DNA from: an uncultured bacterium
Lineage (GTDB): Bacteria; SAR324; NAC60-12
Reading direction: 5' to 3'
NCBI GenBank assembly: GCA_965662235.1
Contig: CBFIGY010000012.1
Location: 1 to 64,000 of the forward strand
DNA length: 64,000 bases
Under the pieces are notes generated by a model, which had not been told where the DNA came from, searched no databases, and saw only the letters and a program-made list of their open reading frames with translations. The translations under genes and the position numbers were made by a program. Positions 12,586-21,936 of this stretch are shown in pieces (position 1 is the first letter of the stretch; every line of letters starts with the position of its first letter).

Positions 12586-15089
12586 GCGGAGGCGCCCTTG
12601 CCGAAGGGCTTGATCCAGATCATCAGCTGCGGCAGCAGCGTCAGTGCTGCGGTGAGCGCTGCGACCATGGCTAGGCTGGTGAGTAGGCCAAAGTAGATGC
12701 TGGGGACGAAGTTAGAGAACACCAGAATGCTGAAGCCAATGACAATCGTCACCGAGGTGTAGTACATGGCGCTGCCGATGGTCGCATGAGCGCGATGCAT
12801 GGTGGCCACGTAGTCCCCATCCTTCTCAAACTCCTCCCGGAAGCGATGAATGTAGTGGATGGTATCGTCCACAGCAATCCCCACGCTGATGGCCGCAATG
12901 GTAATGGTCATCAGGTCCAATGGAATTCCCACCCATCCCATCATTCCCAGCACGGTTCCAATCGAGAGCAGGTTCGGGAAGATCGCGATCACAGCGAGCT
13001 TCAGGGACCGGAAGAGGATCAGGAACATGAAGACGAGCACGAGCACCGCAAAGCCCAAGGTGAGGATCTGCGAGCTGAAGAGGCTCTGAAGCATGTTGTT
13101 GTAGAGAACCAGCAGGCTGGCGAGCCGCGCCTGTCCTTCCCGGAGTCCAACGTCTTCCACGAGTCCCCGCTCAATGCGCTTGAGCAGCTCATCCCGCCGC
13201 AACTCCGGAAGCGAGTCAATGACCCGGACCGAAAGACGGACCTCGTCGTTTTCAACAGAGACGTATGGGGTGAGGATGATCTTGCGGAAACGCTCCGGAA
13301 GCTCCTGATAAACGAGTGCGAGCAGGAAGCCATCCAGGGGCTTGTTGTCGTTGAGCGTGACCCCGACCTTGAGGAGGGTGCCAAGCGAGATCACCTTCCC
13401 AACTTCTGGCAGGCTTGAGAGGTAATCGTGGACGCGCTCGACGGTCCGCATCCGTTCCGGAGTAAACCAGTACTGCGCCGAATCCTGTTCCTGAGCAAAC
13501 TCCTCTTCAAACTGATCAAAGAAATCGTCTGCCGGACTGGCCGCCGGGTCTTCAGCAGCGGGTTCTGCAGGAGCCTGGTCGAGGCTGTCAAACTTGATGA
13601 TCACGTCCAGAGGTGTGGTGCCCCCCAGCTGCTGGTCAATGACCGACATGCCTTGGTAGATTTCAGTGGAGGGTTTGAAGTAGTCGATGAAGCTGTTTTC
13701 CACCCGAAGCTGGGTGATGCCCGCGACACTGACCACAAGGATGCCGGCGCTGACCCAGAGGATGATGTTCCCGTGCTGTGCCGTGAAGTTGGCGGCAAGG
13801 TGGGTGAGGGAAAACCGTCCGGTGCGCTCCGGAGGCTGATGCGCTTTGGGGAAGAGCATCAGGACAGCCGGGAAGATCAGGAAGGCTAGGATCAGGGACA
13901 CAAAGACCCCGGCGCTCATCATCCAACCGAAGTTGATGACCGGGAGGATGCCGCTGAAGACAAGGGAAGAGAACCCGGCGATGGTGGTCAGGATGGCGTA
14001 GAAGCACGGCAGGGCCATGGCCATGACGGCATTTTCCACCAGCTCGGCTAGGGGCGCGTCAGGAGTGTTCCGCGCCAGCTCCCGGTACTTGACGATCAGG
14101 TGAATCGTCAGCGCCATGGTGATGATGAGCTGAATGGAAATGAAGTTGGAAGAAATCACTGTCACCTCCCACTGGAAAAGCCCCAGCAGTCCCGTGGTGG
14201 CCACAACAGAGGTGGCACAGATCAGCACCGGGAGCAGGATCCAGCGGAGCTGGTGGAAGATGAACCAGAGGGTGACAATGAGGAAAACGAGCACCCCGGT
14301 GCCAAAGATCGCCAGGTCGTCCTTGATGAACGAAATGGTGTCGTTGGCAATCATGCTCACTCCGCCGAGGAAGAGATCGGCATGCTCCCGGTAACCGTCC
14401 ATGACGGCCCGGACAGCGACAATGTTCTCATGCTCCACCACGCGCATCAGGTCCCGGTGGGCCTTGAAGTCGGCCTGGACCTGTTCAAACTCAGCGGCCT
14501 CAGCCGGAGTCAGGCCCGTCTCCTTTTCCTTGGTCCGAAGGGCATTCCGTTGCTTGAGGAGGGAACGGTAGACCTCATCGTCCTTGAGGTTGACCAGCAG
14601 CGCCGTTGTCTTGAAGTCTGGACTGACGAGGTTGCGGCTGTAGATCGGGCTGTTGAGGAACTCCTGCTTGGCCAGTTCCCGGTCAATGCCTTCCGACTCT
14701 AGGGTGGGCACCTCCTTGAGCAGCTCCTGGACGGGTTTGGGAGGGCTTTGCAGCAGCGGAACGTTGATGAGGGACGTGACCGTGTCCACGCGATCAAGCT
14801 TCTCCAGCTCCTGCCCAAGGCGCTTGAGCTCATCCAGTGTCTTGTCGCTGAGCAACGAGTCGGACTTCGGGGTGTAGGTGATGACGAGGAAGTCTGGGCT
14901 GTAGTAGCGTTCGTTGACCTCCCGCGTGAACTGGAGGTCCGCGTCACCTTCCAGAAGCAGGGTTTCTGCCGATGCGTCAATGGCGAGCTTGCGCGCTTCT
15001 TCAGCAAGAAACGCCAGCCCCAATCCCAGAACGATCAGGACGGCAATGGGGTACTTGAGGACAACGTGGCGGTAGAAGGAACGCAGCAT
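12582..15089 (-). CDS. MMPL/RND-superfamily transporter
   Basis: 835 aa with two repeats of TM + periplasmic loop + 5 TM. GIAVDDTIH motif in the second repeat; ENSFIDYF and GGTTPLDVI motifs. Confidence 0.85.
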   Translation of the reverse strand: MLRSFYRHVVLKYPIAVLIVLGLGLAFLAEEARKLAIDASAETLLLEGDADLQFTREVNERYYSPDFLVITYTPKSDSLLSDKTLDELKRLGQELEKLDRVDTVTSLINVPLLQSPPKPVQELLKEVPTLESEGIDRELAKQEFLNSPIYSRNLVSPDFKTTALLVNLKDDEVYRSLLKQRNALRTKEKETGLTPAEAAEFEQVQADFKAHRDLMRVVEHENIVAVRAVMDGYREHADLFLGGVSMIANDTISFIKDDLAIFGTGVLVFLIVTLWFIFHQLRWILLPVLICATSVVATTGLLGLFQWEVTVISSNFISIQLIITMALTIHLIVKYRELARNTPDAPLAELVENAVMAMALPCFYAILTTIAGFSSLVFSGILPVINFGWMMSAGVFVSLILAFLIFPAVLMLFPKAHQPPERTGRFSLTHLAANFTAQHGNIILWVSAGILVVSVAGITQLRVENSFIDYFKPSTEIYQGMSVIDQQLGGTTPLDVIIKFDSLDQAPAEPAAEDPAASPADDFFDQFEEEFAQEQDSAQYWFTPERMRTVERVHDYLSSLPEVGKVISLGTLLKVGVTLNDNKPLDGFLLALVYQELPERFRKIILTPYVSVENDEVRLSVRVIDSLPELRRDELLKRIERGLVEDVGLREGQARLASLLVLYNNMLQSLFSSQILTLGFAVLVLVFMFLILFRSLKLAVIAIFPNLLSIGTVLGMMGWVGIPLDLMTITIAAISVGIAVDDTIHYIHRFREEFEKDGDYVATMHRAHATIGSAMYYTSVTIVIGFSILVFSNFVPSIYFGLLTSLAMVAALTAALTLLPQLMIWIKPFGKGASA

Positions 15090-15110
15090 GAGGCTTCCGG
15101 GAAGAAGGGG

Positions 15111-15701
15111 TCAGAGTTCCTGCTTGGTGCGCAGGCGGTCCATGAGCTCAGAGAAGCTCTGGTTCTGCAAAACCCCGGCAAACTGCGACCGGTAGGTCTG
15201 AATGAAGCTGACTCCGGAGATGTCCACATCGTACACCTTCCACTCTCCCGCACGGGTTTTGTACATCTTGTAGATCATCTCCATGCGGTCGCCGCCACCG
15301 ACCAAGTAGGTCAGGACCTCAATGCGGTTGCTCTTCACCTGCTCAGCCTCTTCAATCGCCACCTGTTGATCGGTGTAGAGGTCAAGCTTGTCGAGGTACG
15401 ATTGCTTGATGCGCTCCACAAACAGGTCACTGAACTCCTTCCGCTCCTCCGGACTGAGGGGCGACCAGTGCTTCTTGCCCAGGCTAAGGCTGGCCATCAG
15501 CTGAAAGTCAAAGATGTCGTCCAGAATGTCGACAATCTGCCGAGCCCGTTCTTCCTTCGGCAGCTGCTTCTGCTTGAGAACGTTGATGACTTCATTGACC
15601 TTGCCCTTGGTCAGGTCGAGGACGGCTTCGGTTTCAGAGGCCTGAGCAGCAGGCAGGAACAGCAGTAGGAGCGCAAGGCTCAGCAACACAAAGGATCGCA
15701 T
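15111..15701 (-). CDS. mlaC: MlaC/Ttg2D-family periplasmic lipid-binding protein
   Basis: Signal peptide plus FDFQLMASLSLGKKHW and WKVYDVDISGVSFIQTYRSQF motifs. Confidence 0.85.
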   Translation of the reverse strand: MRSFVLLSLALLLLFLPAAQASETEAVLDLTKGKVNEVINVLKQKQLPKEERARQIVDILDDIFDFQLMASLSLGKKHWSPLSPEERKEFSDLFVERIKQSYLDKLDLYTDQQVAIEEAEQVKSNRIEVLTYLVGGGDRMEMIYKMYKTRAGEWKVYDVDISGVSFIQTYRSQFAGVLQNQSFSELMDRLRTKQEL

Positions 15702-15704
15702 CAG

Positions 15705-16568
15705 TTACTCCTCAATTTCTTTTTGACGGTTTTGCTCATAAACATCGCGCAGGAAGGGGTAAAGGTCCACGGCATCCTGACGCAGGCTCTCATACTGTCC
15801 CAGACGCAGGGACTCCCGGTTGATGACTTCGAGCCCTTTGACCGCATAGGGCACAGCAGGGTCGTAGTCACGTCCGTAGAGAACGTGGTGGGTCGACGGG
15901 TTTCGGTAAAGGAACCGCTCATTGGTGGGGTCCAGCAACCAGTCCGGATAGAGGCTGGTGGTGTCCCGCAGATTGGAGGGCCCAAAGAAGGGAAGGACAA
16001 TGTGAAAACCGCCGCCGACGCCGTAGTGCCCTAAGGTCTGGCCAAAGTCTTCCGGGTGTTCTTCTAGGTCAAACCACGCCTTGGCGGGGTCAAAAAGCCC
16101 AAGCACGCCCACGGTGCTGTTGATGGCAAAGCGAGCGGTCTCTTCTCCGGTGTTCTTGGCCTTCAGCTGAAGGGCATTGTTGGCAAAGCGGACCGGAAAC
16201 ATGAGGTTCTTGAAGAAGTTCCGGACGCTGATGCGGGCTGGCTCAGGAACCGCCCAGGCCCAGCCGCGAGCAACTGGATCCAGCAGGTTCAGGTAGAGCC
16301 AGTCATTGAAGCCGGTAACAGTCCGGTTGTAGCCCTCAAGTGGGTCGTAGACCTCCGGCTTGGAGGCCTCAAATTCGCTTTCAAACTCATCAAATCCGTC
16401 GAAGCCTGAATCCATTGAGTCGTCCGCCTGCGCCCAGAGGGGCGGTCCCGCGTAAGTGACGGGGGAAAGGCGGTTCAGGTCCGGACTTCCGGTAGGGGCC
16501 GCCACGCTGAGGGAACTCCAGCAGAGGAAGATTCCAGCAACAAGCGCCAGGCGCGTCAGCAAAGTCAT
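15705..16568 (-). CDS. mlaA: MlaA/VacJ-family outer-membrane protein
   Basis: DPLEGYNR, RFAINSTVGVLGLFDPA, EDFGQTLGHYG and LPFFGPSNLRD motifs. Start moved to the ATG at 16568, which precedes a signal peptide. Confidence 0.88.
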   Translation of the reverse strand: MTLLTRLALVAGIFLCWSSLSVAAPTGSPDLNRLSPVTYAGPPLWAQADDSMDSGFDGFDEFESEFEASKPEVYDPLEGYNRTVTGFNDWLYLNLLDPVARGWAWAVPEPARISVRNFFKNLMFPVRFANNALQLKAKNTGEETARFAINSTVGVLGLFDPAKAWFDLEEHPEDFGQTLGHYGVGGGFHIVLPFFGPSNLRDTTSLYPDWLLDPTNERFLYRNPSTHHVLYGRDYDPAVPYAVKGLEVINRESLRLGQYESLRQDAVDLYPFLRDVYEQNRQKEIEE

Positions 16569-16695
16569 GAATGCATCATAAAAAGGAGGATCAGGGCCGA
16601 AAACGGCAGTCTTCCAGAGGGAATCACCCTTGAGCCTATCGCAACTCTGACAAGTGTCCATCCCGGAATTGCAACCCATTGTTTCATCACGGCAT

Positions 16696-17340
16696 TCAGT
16701 TTCTCAGGGGAATGGCGCAGATGAAGTCCTGGTAGTAGGGCTGATGAAATTCCTGGAGCAGCCGCTGTAGCTCCGACAGCGGATCAGGGTGGTCATCCAC
16801 ACGCAGGTGACACCAGGGGAAGGGCTGTTCCCGGATGGTGAGCAGGGCCGCCGATTGCCGCCCTCGTTTGTCGCCTCCAGCAGCTTCTCCCGCCTGCAGT
16901 GCGTGAAGCAAGCGGACCTCCAGCGGCTGATCGAGAGACGCCTCCAGAGAGGCCACGCAGGCCGCAACGACTTCCGGACCCGCGAGCAGGTTCCCGGCGA
17001 CGCTGTAGTTGGTACCAAACTGATGGCCGGCCCACGGCTGGGTTCCGGAACCGGTCCAGGCCCAGGAACGTCCCTGAGCGTCCACTCCGTGCAGTTGCCG
17101 CAGGTCGGCGTCCGGATCTTCATCAAGGGTGGCTTGTAGCGCCTCCGGGAGAGCCATTCCGGCAGTCAACCGAGTGAGGCTGTTGAGCCCCAAGTGCGGA
17201 TTGGTGGCGGCTTGGGTAGCGACGGCGCCAACGCCGTGACGCAGGTGCGGCACCAGGGCACCCACCGCAAAATGCTTGGTGGCAACAGCCACTCCAAAGT
17301 GGGGTTGGTCGGGGTCTTTGACCACCAAAGAATACGTCAT
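16696..17340 (-). CDS. DUF1028-family Ntn-hydrolase-like protein
   Basis: N-terminal MTYSLV, GVGAVATQA, AGNLLAG, AGGDKRGRQSAAL and LRVDDHPDPL motifs. Confidence 0.85.
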   Translation of the reverse strand: MTYSLVVKDPDQPHFGVAVATKHFAVGALVPHLRHGVGAVATQAATNPHLGLNSLTRLTAGMALPEALQATLDEDPDADLRQLHGVDAQGRSWAWTGSGTQPWAGHQFGTNYSVAGNLLAGPEVVAACVASLEASLDQPLEVRLLHALQAGEAAGGDKRGRQSAALLTIREQPFPWCHLRVDDHPDPLSELQRLLQEFHQPYYQDFICAIPLRN

Positions 17341-17368
17341 GGGAACACCGGGGAGAAGGATGGGGGTT

Positions 17369-17416
17369 ATTTATCATGATAAATTGTTGACAGCCTCAAA
17401 TTTATCATGATAAATT
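17369..17416. promoter_or_regulatory. Twin palindromic operator (ATTTATCATGATAAAT x2) flanking a sigma-70 -35 box
   Basis: Perfect 16-bp palindrome at 17369-17384 and 18-bp AATTTATCATGATAAATT at 17399-17416. TTGACA at 17387-17392 lies between them. Confidence 0.85.
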
Positions 17417-17464
17417 CGGGTTGATGCCGCAAGTTCGGCAACTCCTCGCTATCCTCTTTGGAGA

Positions 17465-19036
17465 ATGATCATGCTGAAAAAAACATGGAAACGGCTGGTG
17501 CTGGCAAGCGCCGCCCTGTTGAGCTTTGGGCCGCTGGCGCATGCCGCGACGCCCAAGGACGTCTTGGTGGTCGCCCAGATTGCCGAACCCAAGTCCATGG
17601 ATCCCCATACCGTCACGGCCGTGAACGACTTCCGGATCCTGATGAATGTGTACGATGGGCTGGTGCGCTACCGCAGCGGCACCCTAGAGGTGGAGCCGGG
17701 CCTGGCCAAGTCCTGGGAGATCAGTGACGACGGACGAGTGTACACCTTTTCTCTGCGTCAGGGCATTCAGTTTCACGACGGTACCCCGTTCAATGCAGAG
17801 GCGGTGAAGTTCAACTTCGACCGCATGCTGGTGGAAGGGCATCCCTTCGCTGAAACCGGACCCTTCCCGCTGTCGTTCTTCTTCTCTGCCATCAAGGAGA
17901 CCACGGTGGTGGACGAGTACACCGTGCGCTTCCGCATGGATGAACCGTATGCACCGCTGCTCTCCAACCTTGCCTACCCGACGGGGCTGATCCTCTCTCC
18001 GACGGCGGTGCAGAAGCACGGCAAGGACGTGGGCCGGAACCCGGCTGGAACCGGGCCTTACCAGTTCCGGGAGTGGAAGAGCAACCAGCATGTCATTCTG
18101 GACCGCAACGAGAACTACTGGGACGGACGCCCGGGCCTGAAGTCAGTCGTCTTCCGCCCCATCACCGACGCCAACACGCGTGTCGCGGAGATGCTGTCTG
18201 GAGGCGTGGACCTGATGGTCGAGGTGCCGCCGGACAACGTGGCCACGTTTGCGTCCAACAGCAAGTACGCCCTCCACGAGCAAGCGGGTCCGCACCTGTG
18301 GTTCCTGATCCTCAACCTCAAGGAAGGTCCGCTTCAGGACAAGCGGGTCCGGCAGGCGCTGAACTACGCGATCAACAAGCAGGCGCTGGTGGAGAACGTT
18401 CTCCAGAACACCGCCACAGTGGCCAGCGGACCGACCCCGGCCGCCTTCTCCTGGGCCTACAACGATTCCCTGCAGCCCTATCCTTATGATCCGGACAAGG
18501 CCCGTGCATTGATCAAGGAAGCCGGTGCCGAAGGCGCAACGCTGACGTTCTACGTGACGGAAGGAGGCTCCGGTATGCTGGATCCGGTCCCGATGGGAAC
18601 CGCCATTCAGGCCGACCTCAAGGCTGTGGGCCTGAACGTCAAGATTGAGACCTACGAGTGGAACACCTTCTTGGGCAAGGTGAACCCCGGACTCGAGGGC
18701 AAGGCCGACATGGCGGAAATGGCGTGGATGACGAACGATCCCGACACCCTGCCATTCCTGGCGCTGCGCACCTCCGCTTGGCCGGACCAAGGGGGCTTCA
18801 ACTCCGGGTACTACTCCAACCCCCAGGTGGACGAACTGCTGGAGCAGGCTCGTGTGAGCACCAGTCAAACCGTCCGGGCGGCGCTCTACAAGGAAATGCA
18901 GAGCATCGTGCATGAAGATGCCCCGTGGGTGTTTGTTGCCAACTGGAAGCAGAATGCGGTGACAGGAAGCAACGTTGGGAATTTCCAACTGGAGCCTTCC
19001 TTCCTGCTCCTGCTGCATCAGGTGACGAAAAACTAA
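17465..19036 (+). CDS. ABC transporter substrate-binding protein, family 5 (peptide/opine/nickel)
   Basis: Signal peptide plus EPGLAKSWEISDDGRVYTFSLRQG, FHDGTPFNAEAV, GTGPY and DKRVRQALNYAI motifs. Confidence 0.92.
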   Translation: MIMLKKTWKRLVLASAALLSFGPLAHAATPKDVLVVAQIAEPKSMDPHTVTAVNDFRILMNVYDGLVRYRSGTLEVEPGLAKSWEISDDGRVYTFSLRQGIQFHDGTPFNAEAVKFNFDRMLVEGHPFAETGPFPLSFFFSAIKETTVVDEYTVRFRMDEPYAPLLSNLAYPTGLILSPTAVQKHGKDVGRNPAGTGPYQFREWKSNQHVILDRNENYWDGRPGLKSVVFRPITDANTRVAEMLSGGVDLMVEVPPDNVATFASNSKYALHEQAGPHLWFLILNLKEGPLQDKRVRQALNYAINKQALVENVLQNTATVASGPTPAAFSWAYNDSLQPYPYDPDKARALIKEAGAEGATLTFYVTEGGSGMLDPVPMGTAIQADLKAVGLNVKIETYEWNTFLGKVNPGLEGKADMAEMAWMTNDPDTLPFLALRTSAWPDQGGFNSGYYSNPQVDELLEQARVSTSQTVRAALYKEMQSIVHEDAPWVFVANWKQNAVTGSNVGNFQLEPSFLLLLHQVTKN

Positions 19037-19046
19037 CGGCTCCAAC

Positions 19047-19068
19047 GAGGGTGTCTCCGGGCACCCTC
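19047..19068 (+). terminator. Stem-loop between the binding-protein and permease genes
   Basis: GAGGGTGTC-TCCG-GGCACCCTC. There is no long U tract, so it may be a stabiliser or partial terminator. Confidence 0.45.
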
Positions 19069-19094
19069 ACCGACCCTCTTCTGCTTCGACCCTC

Positions 19095-20042
19095 ATGTGG
19101 CGTTACACCCTGCACCGTCTGCTGCTGACGCTCCCGGTTCTTTTGGGGATCTCGGTGGTGGTGTTCCTCATCATGGCCTTGATTCCGGGGGACCCGGCCA
19201 CCGCGATTCTGGGCGCTTTTGCGACTCCGGAAAATGCGGCGAAGCTACGGAACGAACTGGGGCTGGACCGCCCCCTGATTGAACAGTACTGGACCTGGGC
19301 AGGTAACCTGCTATCCGGAGACTTTGGGCGCAGCTACGCCCTCAACCGTCCGGTGCTGGACGAGTTGCTGGAGCGCCTTGGCCCCACCTTGCTGCTCGCC
19401 GGTTCGGCGTTGCTGCTCTGCATCCTGCTGGGCATCCTCTCCGGAGTCCTGGCCGCGGTTCGGCAGTACACCTGGGTGGATCAGTTTCTCACCCTCTTCA
19501 CCCTCTTGGGCATTTCGGCCCCGTCTTTCTGGTTAGGCCTAATGGCCGTGTCGCTGTTCTCTGTGCAGCTGGGTTGGCTTCCGGCAAGTGGCATGTTCAC
19601 CCCTTATGGTGACGAGAGCTGGAGCGACCTTTTGCAGCACCTCCTGATGCCAGCGGTGACGCTGGGGCTGGTTGCGTCAAGCGTGATTGCTCGCCTCACC
19701 CGGACCAGCATGCTGGAGCAGATGCGGCAGGATTACGTCCGGACCGCCCGCGCCAAGGGAGAGCGGGAGACCGCAGTGGTGCTCCGGCACGCCTTCCGGA
19801 ACGCGCTGGTGGGGTTGGTTCCTGTGCTGGGACTGCAGGCAGGCTTTGTGCTGGGAGGCGCGGTGTACATTGAAACCGTCTTCCAGTGGCCCGGCATTGG
19901 CCGGATGCTGGTGAACGCCATCTCCACCCGGGACATTTTGCTGGTGCAGGGAGGCGTGATGCTGGTGGCAACCCTGTACGTGCTCCTCAATCTGCTGGCA
20001 GACCTCCTTCAGCATGCCCTCGACCCCCGGATTCAGCACTGA
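19095..20042 (+). CDS. Peptide ABC permease (DppB/OppB-like)
   Basis: PGDPA, GLDRPL, GDFGRS and DYVRTARAKG...HAFRNAL motifs. Confidence 0.92.
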   Translation: MWRYTLHRLLLTLPVLLGISVVVFLIMALIPGDPATAILGAFATPENAAKLRNELGLDRPLIEQYWTWAGNLLSGDFGRSYALNRPVLDELLERLGPTLLLAGSALLLCILLGILSGVLAAVRQYTWVDQFLTLFTLLGISAPSFWLGLMAVSLFSVQLGWLPASGMFTPYGDESWSDLLQHLLMPAVTLGLVASSVIARLTRTSMLEQMRQDYVRTARAKGERETAVVLRHAFRNALVGLVPVLGLQAGFVLGGAVYIETVFQWPGIGRMLVNAISTRDILLVQGGVMLVATLYVLLNLLADLLQHALDPRIQH

Positions 20043-20043
20043 C

Positions 20044-21936
20044 ATGAATGCCACCTCTCCTGCACGTGAATTCTGGCAACGGCTGAACCGAAACCGCTTG
20101 AGTACGGTGGGCTTGCTGCTGCTGGTCAGCCTAGGCTTGGTTTGCCTGCTGACGCCGTGGCTGCCGCTTCCGGACCCGGATGCCACCAACCTGGCCAACC
20201 GCCTGAAGCCTCCTCTGCATCCGGACCACTGGCTGGGCACGGATGAGCTGGGGCGCGATCTGCTGTCGCGCCTCCTTTGGGGCACCCGGGTGAGCCTTGC
20301 TGTGGGCTTTGTGGCAACGCTGGCCGCGGCTCTGATCGGCAGCACCATTGGTCTGCTTTCAGGCTACTTTCAGGGCTGGATCGACAGCACCCTGATGCGG
20401 GTGGTGGACACGCTGATGGCGTTTCCGTACATGCTCCTGGCGCTGGCGATTGTGGCCGCGTTTGGTCCGGGTCTGCTGAACGCTTTGCTGGCGATTGCCA
20501 TTGTCAACGTCCCGTTCTTCGCCCGGACGGTCCGGGGAGCAACCCTTTCCTTGGCCCGTCGGGAGTTTGTGCTGGCCGCGCGGCTGGGAGGAGCTTCGCA
20601 CGCGGAAACCCTCTGGCGCGAACTGCTCCCGAACGTCCTCCCGGTGGTGGTGGTGACGGTTTCAACGACGGCAGGCTGGATGATCCTAGAAACCGCCGGA
20701 CTGAGCTTCCTCGGCCTGGGGGCCCAACCCCCAACGGCTGACCTGGGTTCCATGTTGGGAGAAGGGCGCAAGCTGCTCTTCACCGCGCCGCACGTTTCCA
20801 CCATTCCGGGACTGCTGATCCTGGTTCTGGTGATCTCCTTGAACCTGCTGGGAGACGGCATCCGGGACGTGCTTGATCCCCGACTCCGGGGCGGAGCGCT
20901 TCGGAGCCCCCAGCCGCAAACAGAAGTGACCCGGACCACCACGCCCGAGCTGCCCACCCCGGCGTCCGGGAAACTGGTGGTGCAGGAATTGACCACCGAG
21001 CTGGTTCAGCACGGGGTGGGGGCACCGCTGGTGCGGAACCTCAACCTAGTGCTGCAACCCGGTGAATGCCTGGGGCTGGTGGGGGAATCTGGATGTGGCA
21101 AATCCGTTACGGCGCTCTCTCTGTCGGCCCTGGCGGCGTCGCCACCGCTGCGCATCACTTCCGGAGTCGTCGCGCTCGAAGGCACCGATCTGATTGGGCT
21201 ACCCTTGCCCCTTTTGCAAGACATCCGTGGTCGCCGCGTTTCCTACATTTTTCAGGACCCTCTGGCGACTCTGAATCCGGTGCTGACGGTGGGCACGCAA
21301 TTGCTGCAGATCCTGCACCGGCATCAGCGTCTGACCCCTCAGGAAGCTCGAACTCAGGCGTTGGAGCTGCTGGAACGGGTCCGGATCCCTTTGCCGGAGT
21401 CACGCTTTGAGGCCTTCCCGCATCAGCTCTCTGGAGGCATGCGGCAGCGGGTCTGCATTGCGATGGCGCTGGCGAACCGTCCGGAGGTCCTCATTGCTGA
21501 TGAGCCAACGACTGCGCTGGATGTGACCATTCAGGCAGAGATCCTGGCGCTGCTGCAGGAACTCCGTGAAGCCTTTGCCCTCTCCGTTATTTTCATTACA
21601 CACGACTTGGGAGTGGTGTCGACCCTCTGTGATCGAGTAGCGGTGATGTACGCCGGGGAGGTGGTGGAGCTCGGCCCCACTGCCGAAGTGCTGGCGGCAC
21701 CTGAACACCCATACACGCAGGCGCTGCTGCAGTGCACTCCGCGGCTGGGTTCTGGAGCGAAGTCGCACGGTGGCATCCCCGGAACCCCTCCTGCCCCAGG
21801 CAGCATTCCAGAGACGTGTAGCTTTGCCGAACGCTGCCCGCATGCCTCCGGAGCCTGCCAAGTGGTGGTACCGCTACGGTCGACCGGTTCCGGACGGCAG
21901 GTCCGTTGCACCCGCGCCAAGGAAGTCCATGCCTGA
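20044..21936 (+). CDS. Fused peptide ABC permease (DppC-like) and ATPase (DppD-like)
   Basis: N-half has LGTDELGRD and EFVLAARLGG. C-half has GESGCGKS, HQLSGGMRQR, ADEPTTALD and HPYT. Confidence 0.9.
   Translation: MNATSPAREFWQRLNRNRLSTVGLLLLVSLGLVCLLTPWLPLPDPDATNLANRLKPPLHPDHWLGTDELGRDLLSRLLWGTRVSLAVGFVATLAAALIGSTIGLLSGYFQGWIDSTLMRVVDTLMAFPYMLLALAIVAAFGPGLLNALLAIAIVNVPFFARTVRGATLSLARREFVLAARLGGASHAETLWRELLPNVLPVVVVTVSTTAGWMILETAGLSFLGLGAQPPTADLGSMLGEGRKLLFTAPHVSTIPGLLILVLVISLNLLGDGIRDVLDPRLRGGALRSPQPQTEVTRTTTPELPTPASGKLVVQELTTELVQHGVGAPLVRNLNLVLQPGECLGLVGESGCGKSVTALSLSALAASPPLRITSGVVALEGTDLIGLPLPLLQDIRGRRVSYIFQDPLATLNPVLTVGTQLLQILHRHQRLTPQEARTQALELLERVRIPLPESRFEAFPHQLSGGMRQRVCIAMALANRPEVLIADEPTTALDVTIQAEILALLQELREAFALSVIFITHDLGVVSTLCDRVAVMYAGEVVELGPTAEVLAAPEHPYTQALLQCTPRLGSGAKSHGGIPGTPPAPGSIPETCSFAERCPHASGACQVVVPLRSTGSGRQVRCTRAKEVHA

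Noticed and set aside
17369..17416. Repeated palindrome considered as a mini-CRISPR or transposon end
   Set aside because: There are only two 16-bp copies about 15 nt apart, no cas or transposase gene, and the position fits an operator.
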